NCBI GenBank assembly: GCA_951406725.2
Contig: OX597814.1
Location: forward strand, 210,800,001-210,864,000
DNA length: 64,000 bases
Direction of reading: 5' to 3'
DNA from: Octopus vulgaris
Lineage: Eukaryota
Shown here: positions 44,555 to 58,280 of the stretch, in pieces
How the letters are laid out: each line of letters begins with the position of its first letter
Position numbering within the stretch: the first letter of the stretch is position 1
The notes under the pieces: model-generated
What the model was told of the DNA's origin: nothing
The model's input: only the letters and a program-made list of their open reading frames with translations
The model's database searches: none
Program-made: the position numbers and the translations under genes

Positions 44555-45439
44555 AGATAACCGTGTACGTTTGCGTAGTGCTGACTAGTAAAATGAGATT
44601 TTTTATCTGCATTGATTTGTAGGTATAAATTATATAGTGGTTAGATAAATGTATTCAACATTCAACCTCCTGACTTTTTATGACTTCTATGTGTATGTAT
44701 ATATATCTATCAATTTAACTCTCTCTCTCTCCATCTATCAATAGAGCGTGTATTTTTGTGTATATGTGTGAGTTTTCGTTTGAATGAGTGGGTGAGAACG
44801 TGAATATCATCCACACAATTGTATTGATATCATTTCATCAAACGTTAGGCAAACGATTGAGTGAAAGATTCATTTCTTCCGATAAATTATTTAAATTTTA
44901 TTTAGTTTCACTCTTTCAAGTTTGTTTTTGCTCAAATGCTCATCCGGAAAAACGTAATAAACACTTAAGCACTCAAGACGTGTACACACGCAGAACCACA
45001 TACACACACGCATAATATATATATATATATATATATTTGTACACAGACACACGTATATATACACATATGTAGACAAACGGTCATGACTAATGATTTTGGC
45101 AAACACCGTTTGTTTTTGCTATTTCATGTGAAATATTATATGAATGTTAATGATTTAGTATTATTTGATAAGGCTATTTGTTATCCAATAAGATTTGAAA
45201 GAAAAACTGTTGAAAATGATAGGTATTGGAAATAATAATCAATTTGCGGAATTGGTTATATTTCCCACAAGTGGAAATCACATTCCTCTTCATAATTCCA
45301 ATTAGAATTGCATGTAAACAAATAATTAATAACGAGATCAGTAAGCAAATTTACGTATGATGTCATGAACATTTTGTGATTGATTTTAGTTAATGAACGC
45401 TCTTTTTCCTCGCAAAAGTTTCAGATTATCTTTTCTGTT

Positions 45440-45640
45440 ATTGCAGATACGGTATTGGCAAAACAAAAACGTCAGTCAATAATTTGTTTCCATCAAAATG
45501 TCCTAATAACACAGGATATTGTTGTTAAAGGCAATGCACCTCAAAGAACCGTGTGCAGGATTATAAAAACTTAGAAAAAAAAACAAGATCCATGACAGTG
45601 AAGAAGGCCTCTGGTCGTCAACGTCTGATCTCTTACCGCC
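45440..45640 (+). mobile_element. Tc1-like transposase N-terminal (HTH) remnant
   Basis: KQKRQSIICFH...QRTVCRIIK then VKKASGRQRLIS (GRPR-like), frameshifted. The element may extend from about 45075 to 45850. Confidence 0.5.
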
Positions 45641-47297
45641 AAAACGGCTTTGGTGAGAAATTCATATTTATATATTTTTGGTGCAAAATAACGATTTGCC
45701 AAAGTCTTTGGCTACGACTGTACAAACACACATCTACATACGAGCACAAAAGAAACTGGTAAAAGATATTACATGCTTCATGTAATACCTGAGTGTTCCA
45801 GTAATGTAACAGCTTTATATTTAGGTGTTTCGCACAAGCAATCAACACAATTCTGTTTATTTAATTCCTTAACCTTTACGTTTGAAGTTAAATGCGATGG
45901 TTCCAACGCTTTATACACAGTTTCTAACTTCCAAATTCTTACCCCGTATTTTTGCAAATTCATAACCATATTGTTGTTGTGCAGGAATCTGATTGATGCT
46001 AATTAGCTTATCCATATGATTCACTTCGCCCACTTGTTAGCAATTCACGTGAGCGCTTGCCGATGGCGGTTAGCAGTATTTGTAGTGTTAGATTCATTTT
46101 GTTCAATATTTTTAATCGATCTAAGCAAATATTTCTTTTCATTCATGCTATATCTGTAAATAAGCTTAGCCTTGTAACGTTGACGATACTTCTACTTTCG
46201 CCCCCATCAGCTGAGGTCTCAGCGAAAAGTACTTTGAAAACATTTGGATGCTATTAAGTTGCTATAGATTGAGTGATGTCAAACCAATATTTGTAGCTTG
46301 AAAATCTGTATTAGTAAAAATGTTACACCCACATTTGTCTCCTGTAGAACCCTCATGTATAATCAAAAAATGAGTTTGATAGTGTATCTTTTGTTTGCTT
46401 ATTGCATCACTTCAGTTTAAATCTCGCTCATATCAACTTATCTCTACACGGGAATGATGCAAACCAAATATTGGGTTTCATGTTATTGAAAAAAAAATTA
46501 TTCAAAGCCATGATCCCGGCTTGTAACAGTATTATGATGTAAGGAAGTAAAAAAATTAAATAATATATTTAGCTGATAAAGATGAAATCCAGAAATGCGA
46601 TTGGGGAACTTGGAAGAGTTAAATGAAATGACAGCATCATTCGATTAGGAAAAAAATTAAATGCAACAAAATAACTCAAATATTTGTAGGAAGTACGTCA
46701 GTGCGAAAATCTCTTTTGCAAATATCAAAAATATTTGAATGTATACACTTTAGAAAAGCTGTATGTATCTAATATATCTTCAGAAATATAATGTTGGAAA
46801 CGTGACACGATAGAGAAACGTATATGAATTCTTAGAATACCTAAGCTGGAAAAAAGAAAAAAATATTCCATCTCAAACTTAAATTATTTATCGTTATTTT
46901 GAAATCTTTAAGGCTATTTTTTGATTGAAGCTAAAGTTTGAAAGCGAAAGAAGAATGTTTCGTGATATGAAGGAAACAACACAGACGAAGAGTAAAATAA
47001 TTCGGATATATCACATGCAATCTAATATAAAGATGATCAAAATTTCTTGGATGAGATAGTCACCCGAGGAGATGATGTAGAGGGAAATAACAAAATCAAA
47101 ATAAGAAAAGAAAAAAAGATTTTACAAACAGTATATATCTTTAAAAGTAAGCAAACAGATATCTCTGATGATAAAAATAATCATTTACTTCAACAACTGT
47201 GATAGGTATGGTACAAGAAGTTCAATAAATAAGTGCAAACTGAGATATTTCTACTTTGGTGAACATTGTTGAAACACATTAACATGGCTATTATCAA

Positions 47298-47366
<69 letters not shown>

Positions 47367-47369
47367 GAT

Positions 47370-47454
<85 letters not shown>

Positions 47455-47976
47455 CATCATCATCATATCTGCAACATATGTTGCCAGACATGAAAAATAA
47501 ACGATACGAAATGAGAAATATAATTGAGCGCATATGTAGTGTTTTACTTGTTTATGTTGTAGCTTTACTGTTATTTTTTATGTTTATTTTCATTATTTGC
47601 TGGCTGTTTGTAGATGCTTGATCAGTTTCACTTCTGACAGCGTTAAATTTCCCAGAAAACAGCATAATAATTGAGAAAAATACATCACCAATAAATACCA
47701 AAAAGAAGAACCAATTCGGAAAAATGTAAGACATTCGCTGAACGTATATAGAAAGAAGAAATTCAAGTCGTTTTCAATTATTTAAAGAAAAAAAAATCCA
47801 CAACATAAACACAAATATAAGAAATTATTTATGCAAATATATATAAAAAACGTAAAGGAAATATTAAGTTGTGTAACCTGATTTAATGGGAACTTTAAAG
47901 TAAATATAAATATTAAGAAATGATACACTATCATACACTATCCTTTATATATGTATATATATATTTCCTTATGTAT

Positions 47977-48014
<38 letters not shown>

Positions 48015-48122
48015 ATACATATATATATATATATGTATATATTATATATATTATATATATATATACATATTTATATATATATGTATATATTATATATACA
48101 TATATATATATAGATATATCTT

Positions 48123-48175
<53 letters not shown>

Positions 48176-48476
48176 ATGTATCTATGTATGTATGGATATA
48201 CATACGTATATATGTACATACTCGCAAACACACACGAGCACATCGATATGTATTCATACGTACATAGATACACGAAAACATTTATTTTAACATAATATTT
48301 ATATACAAATAAATATTTGGGACACATTTATTGTAAATTATGGTGCAATTTAACAGTGACATTATATGAATGAGGAGATTTTAATATGAATGAATTCCAT
48401 ATTACATTCATGGGGATATCTCTATTTCCCCATCTATAAAATAAGCACACACCGAATAAGAAAACATATGTATGTA

Positions 48477-48539
<63 letters not shown>

Positions 48540-48579
48540 GGGTGTGTGTACATATATATATATATATATATATAAAGTG

Positions 48580-48900
48580 TAAAGACCCCCTTCCGTCACG
48601 AATTGTCATGGGATTGCACCTAGGAATTTAGCCACCAAAGCACAAGTTCAGACAAGGTTGGTTATGGAAGGCCAGCAGTCGCCCAACCGTACCAGCCTCC
48701 CCTCTACACGATACTCATGTCATCCATGGAAAAGGCAAAGGCCGTTTCAGCTTGGTGTCAGGGATTTATCGCAAGTCATTTCTATAGCTGTTGAAATGGA
48801 CCAATGGGAAAAGAAAAGCCTTGCGCATCTAGACAATTCAACATACCACCCGGTCTAGGAATCGTACGCGCTTCCTCATGATTCTTAGACTGTCTCTCTA
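48580..48900 (-). mobile_element. Diverged SINE of the 14180 family
   Basis: Shares GGAGGC-GGTA...TGGGCGACT...CTTCCATAA-CAACC with 14395-14440. Faint tRNA-like head at the right end. Confidence 0.6.
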
Positions 48901-49085
48901 TTCATTGAATCATATGTGTTCATATATATAAATATGTTATATGTGCGTGTATGTGTATGTGTGTGTGTATACATATACATATATAAATATATATATCTAG
49001 ATATACGTATAAAGTAATGGCTTGTTGAGAACTTAGTGTAGCAGCCCTAGGAAAGGGAAGAATGCTACTGCTATTAACCCTAAGA

Positions 49086-49126
<41 letters not shown>

Positions 49127-49682
49127 CATCGTCACCATCGTCGTATAACGTACGCTTTCCATTCTTGCATGGGTTGACGGTTCGACTGACAGCTGGCAAG
49201 CCAGGAGGTTGCGTCAGGCTCCAATCTGACCAGCTAAAGTTTCTACAGCTGGATGCCCTTCTTAACGCCAACCACTCCGAGACTGCAGTGGCACTGGTAT
49301 CGACGACACTCCAATGGTGCTTTTTACGTGCCACCGACACAGGACCAGTTAAGCGGCACTGGCATCGACCACACACGAATGGTACATTTTCTGTGCCACA
49401 GTCACGAGTACCAATCAAGTGGTATTGTCCTCGACCACACCAATGACTTCACTTCATTTAACAGGTCTTCGCAAGTGCAGTTTATTGCCCGATGATTGAA
49501 TGTTACTCTTAAATATTCCGGTTAATCTGTACTGCGTGGGCCAGGTTTCTCAAGAACAGCATACTTCCAAGGGTTTCGGTCAATTTTAATCGCCTCCGTG
49601 AGGCCCAACATTCGAAGGTCGTGCTGCACTACCTCATCCAAAGACTTCCTGGGTTTACCTCTTCCACAGCTTCCCTCTACTG
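49127..49682 (-). mobile_element. RTE-clade LINE 3' end (C-terminus, 3' UTR, GAT/GAC tail)
   Basis: Minus strand gives VEGSCGRGKPRKSLDEVVQHDLRMLGLTEAIKIDRNPWKYAV, the RTE RGRP..W..D...DR..W motif. TA tracts on both sides. Confidence 0.8.
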
Positions 49683-49738
<56 letters not shown>

Positions 49739-49743
49739 TAAAT

Positions 49744-50029
49744 GTGACTAGTGCGTCAGAACTATAATTCTAGAAATGTGAAGTAAAATGCTCTCTAATG
49801 ATGTCGTTAAAACACATAGTTTAATACATATGTACTGACACGGACCGTAATCCCCCGTCCCTATTGGTGAGGTTGTGAAATTAGACTAAACTGAGAGATC
49901 AGTATATGGAACAATCTACCAGTTCTTTCGTGAGATTACAGTCTCTGTCAGTACATATGACTTAACTACAGCATTAGAGCTTTTGGGACCTTATTTCTAG
50001 CAATGTACGTGCTCTAAGACCCTAGCCAC
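49744..50029. mobile_element. Old foldback/MITE-like element
   Basis: Nested inverted blocks: 49827-49852/49934-49959 (23 of 26), 49793-49810/49962-49979 (16 of 18) and CTAGAAAT/ATTTCTAG. Confidence 0.6.
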
Positions 50030-50172
50030 TCTCTAGTGACAATTCTGTTTTCCTTTTACGAAAACATTGTACACATTTTGTATGCACATAGATGTGCCAA
50101 CGCTGGATAAACATACATTGCAGCAGCCATTGATAAACAAAATCGTAAATTTTCCAAAATGTAACCCATATA

Positions 50173-50574
50173 GGCGCAGGAGTGGCTGTGTGGTAAGTAG
50201 CTTGCTAACCAACCACATGGTTCCGGGTTCAGTCCCACTGCGTGGCATCTTGGGCAAGTGTCTTCTGCTATAGCACCGGGCCGACCAATGCCTTGTGAGT
50301 GGATTTGGTAGACGGAAACTGAAAGAAGCCTGTCGTATATATATGTATATATATATATATATATATATGTTTGTGTGTCTGTGTTTGTCCCCCTAGCATT
50401 GCTTGACAACCGATGCTGGTGTGTTTACGTCCCCGTCACTTAGCGGTTCGGCAAAAGAGACCGATAGAATAAGTACTGGGCTTACAAAGAATAAGTCCCG
50501 GGGTCGATTTGCTCGACTAAAGGCGGTGCTCCAGCATGGCCGCAGTCAAATGACTGAAACAAGTAAAAAAAAAA
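50173..50574 (+). mobile_element. Full-length tRNA-derived SINE
   Basis: Starts GGCGCAGGAGTGGCTGTGTGG, has B-box-like GGTTCAGTCCC and an A tail. Near-identical to 7263-7660. Confidence 0.93.
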
Positions 50575-50719
50575 TATGACCTTCCAAGGAAGAAGCAAAT
50601 TCATTTTATCCTAAATCCAGACATATTGCTGATAAAACACCTTAAATCATTTAAGATATTTACAGGACAAAACCTGATTTTTATTTTCTCTTTACGCCTC
50701 CACACTAATCTTATACAAC

Positions 50720-51000
50720 CTGTCGCCGATCTTACCCTTGGCTTTATTCTCGACAATGATCCACAATACACGAATTACATTTTTACGATCGTGAAGAAGG
50801 ATCCTGATAATTTAGCAACAGTCACTATGACTTCTGTCAGCTATCTCATACTAAGTAGGACTATCTTCCGTTGTATTTCCATTCAGGAACCCAAATTGTC
50901 TCCCGAATATCGGTATGCAGCGAGGTCTCCCGATACATAGAATGTATACCGTCAATCACTAACCTTAACCGAATACATTCTAGGGTATCAGTACAAACTG
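50720..51000 (+). mobile_element. Very old CR1-like LINE remnant
   Basis: LGFILDNDPQYTNYIFTIVKK resembles DLGV..D..L.F..HI..IVKK. IPSITNL follows later. Confidence 0.4.
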
Positions 51001-51072
51001 CGTATACAATTCTCCTACCAGTCGGGGACATGTATATAAAATAAAAACAAATACCATGCATCACGAGTGATT

Positions 51073-51125
<53 letters not shown>

Positions 51126-51554
51126 TATGTGTGTGTATATGTATTAAACAGAGGGTAAAAAATTATAAAATGATAGTGTTCAGTATGTTGGTGAACAGTG
51201 TTTCTATAAAAGAGAGATGGGTAAAGGAAGTTGTACATAATCTCCCTCTTTCCCTCACGTACCCACTCTTTCTCCCTCTGTTATTATCATTGCCACTCCC
51301 ACCCATCAACACTGCTCTTTTTAAGAAAACATCATTAACTCTCCCTAAATTTCTTTATCTCTCTTCACTCCCTCTCTTTTTTCATTTTCACTCTCTCTCT
51401 CCCTGTATTCGCAACCACCCTCACCGTCTCTATGCCTATTATTACTCTCACCCCAGCATGAGGAATAGTAGTAGTGCCTTGAATAGTTAGAAGGGTGGTC
51501 TAAATGTGACACACTGACCACGGAATTTAGTTTTCGCATTTATTACATTGTTTA

Positions 51555-51612
<58 letters not shown>

Positions 51613-51818
51613 TATAGGTGGATACATCGGGGAATTAGTCATATTATCAATATATTCATATTCATTTTATTTAATATGTTGTATAGATCATGTGTGTCAG
51701 AACTTAGGATTCCCTAGGTAATTGGCAAAGGAGTGCAGCTTAAAATTGTTGAGTAGCAGATGTTTTTCTTATCTATCTTTCTCTCTCTCTATCTATCTAT
51801 ATACATATGCACATACTC

Positions 51819-51883
<65 letters not shown>

Positions 51884-52328
51884 AGATATATATTATATAT
51901 TTCTACGGAGCATTATAAATATTGGGTCACATATAGAAATATTTCTACATAAATAGTTGTGCATTTGAGCAGAATATTAGATTTGAAGAAATGTATGAAT
52001 TCGTATGATTTTGGTTTTAATGGAAACAAACAAACAAATAAATAAATAAATAAATAAATAAATAAATGAAATAATTCTTAAGAACATTGAGTAAGGATAT
52101 TAAACTGCAATTATAAGTGTAATAGACCTGAGATGCGACCTATTCAAGCCACTTCATTTCGACAGGTATATCAAGAACGGGTCTGCTTTTGTTGTTAGAA
52201 AATTGAAAATATTATATCAGCAGAGATCTTGACATAGGATTATATACGCATCCATTCACACATACATAACTGCATATGCACACACCAAACTTTTATGTTT
52301 GTATATGTATGTATATAATTAGATAGAT

Positions 52329-52618
<290 letters not shown>

Positions 52619-53900
52619 TAGTAGAGAGAGAGAGAGGAGAGAGAGAGATGGCGATTTCTAGTTAGCGAGAGAGAGTAATTTACTCTCAAGTGAACATACT
52701 AATATATATCTTTATCTTGTAATCTCCCAATATTCTTTGGATTATTATAAAGTGGGCATTATATGAGACCCTTCATAGAGTAACACGCTTATTGAAATCA
52801 TATAACCAAGCCAAAAGCTGGTTAAGAATAGTGTCAACATTTGCTACACCGTATCGAACCATCCATCAGAATATTGCGCGTACGAATTCTGAACATTGAG
52901 GTAAATTCACATGAACGACTATTGCTTAGATTATTGTACTTTGGGGATTGTTTGATATGGAATCTACGAGGAATTCAACCCTGGGATTAATACAGATATT
53001 ATCTTCGTGTTAAGATGAATGTAGTGTATAAAATCTTTGAATCTATGGCTGGTGCCAGAAAGATATGGTGAAAAGGCGTCTAGTAAATGGCAAAGGATTT
53101 TGAGGGAAACAGTCGAAAGTATGCAAAAACGAAAAGAAACGTACGGAAAAATAACACCATGCTAATCATCACAGAAATATAATCATTGTTCCGTTGTTCG
53201 ACTAGTATATCTAAAGCTGGCTTAAATTCTTTTCTGAAAAGTTTTCTTATAGTATCCCTAAATGACACAAAGTTTATTTCTGCAGACATGTTTATACGAG
53301 ATATTTGTGGTAAGCAATGTCAGTACCTGGCTGGTCTATAAAGGCATTTAAACATTCAAAAACCAGACTAAATAAATCACGGTGTGGCACGTGACGTGAG
53401 ACATATTTGCATTGGCTGTTATGCAAATTTCAAACAGGTCTCCACACTCAAATGTCAGTTGTTCATTGTATGAGAAAGGCACATAAATTAAGTACTAGTG
53501 AAAACTTGGGGTCGATATAATCGACTAATCCACTCCCAGAAATTTGAGGCATTCTGCCTTACCTTCGAAACACGTTAGAATTGAACTAGGGACAGCTGAT
53601 GAAGCGGATTTTTCCTTGTGTAGTTTGTCTTGTACTCTGTTTTTCTGTTGTAAAAAGATGGTTCGTTCCATGCTTGTTTTTCCGTTTTCGTTTCTCGTTG
53701 AGTTCTACGTCTATTTGTGGTATCATGTACCCACGTATATATATTTATATATGCATGTATATATACATGTAGATGTAGGTACGTACATATATGTATGTAT
53801 GCATGCATATATTTTATTTATTACACTATTGTATGACAGCGCCCTCCCGTCGATTCGATTCGATTCGTTCGTTTCGTTCCGTTCTTCTTCTCCAAGTACT

Positions 53901-53952
<52 letters not shown>

Positions 53953-54808
53953 TATATAATAAATTAATTTTACTCTGCTATGTATTGAGTACCTTACTTA
54001 CTGTGGTTAACCCCGAATCAACCCGGGACCTATATATATATATATATATATATACATATATGTGTGTGTCTGTGTGTGTCTGTGTGTATACATACATACA
54101 CGTATATGTATATACAAACACACATACACGCACATGTATATGTATATACACCATTTTACAAAAGGAACTTGATCACTGTGTAAAAATTTGGGTGTGTATA
54201 TTTATCAGAACCAGGAGTATGTTTTGTGTTTACAATCATTTTCATATTGAAATTCCTGTGTGTGTTATAAAGCTGTTCTGCTACTTTGCCTGCGCTTCCG
54301 GCACAATTGTTTGCAAGTATATATCTACCAATTTGTATGACAAATTTATTAAGTTTGAAACTCTAGTGGTGGTGATGATGGTGAGGGGGCTAACATAATA
54401 TCATTTTTGTATCCTTGAATGAGTTCAGTTGAAAATTATCAATTTATTTCGTATTCATGTACACTATCACAGGTATGCGCTTGCACACGCACATTCGCAT
54501 GCTCTTACATACATGCACAAACGCGCATACACAAACAATTCGGTACACACATAAGCGCTCACATACATATATGGATTTTCTGAGAGAATTACATAGGAAT
54601 GATTATTGTAAATTTAATCTCGCAAAGCTAACAAACTTTTTAACATTTAATTTAGTTAAATCGTTTGTAAATACGTAAATAGAAACACACGCGAGGATGC
54701 AAATTGAAACAGGGATCAACCAAAAATCTGCGTGCACGCGTCCAAGTGAAGTGTGTACATAGATTCAGACATACACACGCACACACACACACACATACAC
54801 ACACACAT

Positions 54809-54841
<33 letters not shown>

Positions 54842-55447
54842 CTTGCATGAATATATACATACATATTACAAATTACAAACAGCACGAGTAATTTAAACAT
54901 TGTCGATTACACGATTAAACGTACACAATGTTTGAGCTGACAGAAATCTCCCTAATGATCTTAGATCAGGCGAAAAAACTCGTCCCCGATCGAACCAAAA
55001 GTGATTGATACTGTTATTTCTCAATTATTGTGGCTTATCACCACATACCCTTGGATAACACCGAAGACGAATTCAATGCTTGTTTTATGAATAAATATAA
55101 TTAATGTAAGGATTATATACATATATCCCAGGGTTATACACATGCAATAGTAACTTAATTTACTTCTAAATGTGCATCCCGAAATACTTCGTATACTATT
55201 TCTATATATTCATAGACTAGGCAATCATTGCATGTTCAGTTCGATAGAAGTACGTACTGTTGATGAGCGGCAATAATTGCGAAGTATCGGTATCACGCAC
55301 ATTTGTTTCCAACGGAAACGATATGTTCCGCCTAGTTTACGAATACAAGGTGTTTTAACATCCGGCGTTATTAGTTTTCCTTAAGCATCACCGCGCAACA
55401 AATGCCGTGTATAAATAAAGCACTTATATTTCCTATGTGCGATCGAC

Positions 55448-55540
<93 letters not shown>

Positions 55541-55554
55541 ATATATATATGTAT

Positions 55555-55585
<31 letters not shown>

Positions 55586-55759
55586 TAGAGAGAAAGAAAG
55601 AAATAGACTGAGATACTTTGCATACATACAGACATATATGTATACATACATAAATGCATTCGACGACGAGAGTTCCTGTTAATCCTATCACCGGAAGATC
55701 CTACTTGTGAAATTAATGTGCATATGGCTGTGTACTCAATAGACACAAATAACCGTAAT

Positions 55760-55912
55760 GCATTCTCAGGGAGTTTCAGCGTGACACAGAATGCGACAAA
55801 GCTGGCCCTTTGAAATACAGGTACTACTCATTTTGCCAGGTGAGCGGGATGGACGAACGTGAAATAAATTGCGACCACGAACCGAATTCCCCTAACCACT
55901 GCGCCGCACGCT
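55760..55912 (-). mobile_element. Deleted SINE remnant
   Basis: Minus-strand head GCGTGCGGCGCAGTGGTTAGGG (A-box-like) joined to a body fragment. Confidence 0.55.
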
Positions 55913-56023
55913 TTCACACACACACGCATAACTATATCTTTCTATATATCTATCCATCCATCTATCCATCCATGCATCCATCCATCCATCCATCCATCCA
56001 TCCATCTATATATCTATCTATCC

Positions 56024-56054
<31 letters not shown>

Positions 56055-56055
56055 C

Positions 56056-56138
<83 letters not shown>

Positions 56139-57818
56139 CATCTATATATATATATATATATTGCCTTGTGTCATAGATTCTTATTTGTTAAACATTTTCA
56201 CTCTCTTTCTGGCCAGTAATGTCAGAGCATACTCTCCTAGCTGTTGCTGTGGCTTTCATTTCCATTCATAAACTCTCACAACATAACTTGTCGTACAAGC
56301 ACTTTCAGTTCATACATTGCGGGGAAGTGAAATTTAATATGATGTGCATGCTGTCACTGCTTACATATGAACGACAGATGAGGTCTTAAAAAAACCGTAG
56401 TTAAGGCTTCAGCTTTAAACATTTCCAGTCGGGAATGCATCGTTACAATTTGCTACAAAAGAACGCAAATTATTCATGACTCCATGCAATATATATATAT
56501 CTTAATAATGTTGCATGGAATGATGTATAATTTGTGCTGCTTCACTATTGAACCACTTTTGGTGAAATCATTTCTCTGTTTGTTCATGGAAAATGATCTA
56601 ATAAATTTTGGTTGATTGTATCCATATTATAACAATGCAGTTGGATAAAACTCTATATTTATATCTCTATTTCTTAACGGATATTACACAAAATTTTATT
56701 GAATAAGATAAATCGATGTTATCTCGTATACATAAAAGAATATTCTCATTTCTTAAATAATACTTCTTATTTGCGTTTATTGTATACGGATTCTCAATTC
56801 TTGTAGTTGCACACATCTTATGTTGGACAAATAAAGTGTATGATTCGATAAACTTTTCAATGCGTATGTGTATTATAAAGATTTCGGCAGAATCATCCTA
56901 ATGAAGTTATTGTATTATTGTATTAGAAAAATATTTCAATGCAAACATTATTAGTGTGTACTTTCACAATTTCTAAAACGAAGCAGAAGAAATCCGAACT
57001 TAGCATCGGGCTTCTAATGATTATTAGGTCTCTCATTATCAATGCGACTGTAGATTATATTAAGTGGTCGAAGACATCTCTCCAAAAGACTTAATTCGTT
57101 AGTATTTCACTAAACCAGATACTACGCGCAATCGTTAAGACTTTCCAGTTGTAATGATTCGTGAGAAGAACATTTATCATAATGGGCTGTAATTGGAGAC
57201 TGTACATGCAACTAGTCCTTCGATAAATCGTTTCATTTCAAAGATAAGCACTGCTGGCTACACGTATTCTGCTACATGTGTATATTACTACGAAATATTA
57301 TATACGCGTTAAAATACGATCTGAATAAACACAGGAGTAAATCAGTGTAAGGTTCTGTGATGAAATTATACGATTCCTATAACTATAATATATCTACTTG
57401 GAACTGGTGGCTGATTAGTCTATTGTTTTGTGAAGGTCATTTGGTTGGTAACAATTGTACAAATTCGAGCGAATGCGTATAGAACTCGTTTAGTGGTGAT
57501 TAATGCTGTTTAAGTTAGGGATGTTGCACAACAGATGAAAATAAGCTTCATTTTTTTTCTGTGTTTAAGCAATGTAAAATACAGGAAATTATATAATATG
57601 GATTATTACGAAAGGATATTATAAAGGTGAATAGAAATATAAAGAACATGTTTAATGTTGCTCCTTTTAGATCAAATGATATTGTCACCAAAATCCTCTC
57701 TCTCTCTCACACACACACAAAATCCTCGCTCTCTCTCTCACACACACACATATTTATATATATATATATATATAAATAAAGCAATAAGAGAGAGTCCACC
57801 ATGAGGACGCTCTAACGC

Positions 57819-57854
<36 letters not shown>

Positions 57855-57887
57855 TAAACAGAGAAACTCACACACACACACACACAC

Positions 57888-57937
<50 letters not shown>

Positions 57938-58028
57938 ATAAAACGGTAAGATAACAAAAGAAAGAAAGAGACCTCAATATTATGTAAATAGAGGAAATCT
58001 ATCTATACAATATGTTACATTACTCGGT

Positions 58029-58100
58029 AGTCAAGATAAAACTCTGAGTTTCAGATGCCGATGTGGAAATCCACAACACCATCTCTTCGGTTATCTGGCT
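58029..58100 (-). ncRNA. Putative variant type I minimal hammerhead ribozyme (left pLTR)
   Basis: AGAUAA-CCGAAGA-[GAUG..UGUGG-AUUU-CCACA..CAUC]-U-GAAA-CUC-A-GAG-UU-UUAUCU. Its position in the pLTR fits known PLE biology. Confidence 0.7.
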
Positions 58101-58280
58101 ATTTGAAAACGTTATGAAAAAATACCGTTAAAAATGAAGGGAAATTACTCTGTTATAACTCTGCTTTGCCTGCGTACTTATACATCGCTCGCATTTTTCG
58201 TCATAAAAATTATATAAAAATACATAAAAATATATAAAAATATATAAAATCTTCTTGGGACATAACACAGAAAGCATGTT

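Noticed and set aside
45778-45969. KYGVRIWKL resembling a piggyBac motif
   Set aside because: A single short motif with no other transposase blocks or TTAA/TIR support.
53544-54398. 284-aa ORF, the longest in the track
   Set aside because: Runs through TA/TG microsatellites, has low-complexity Y/I/V/C composition and no domain motifs.
58200-58250. 10-bp tandem repeats as a CRISPR-like or regulatory array
   Set aside because: Spacerless AT-rich minisatellite in the PLE 3' UTR of eukaryotic DNA.
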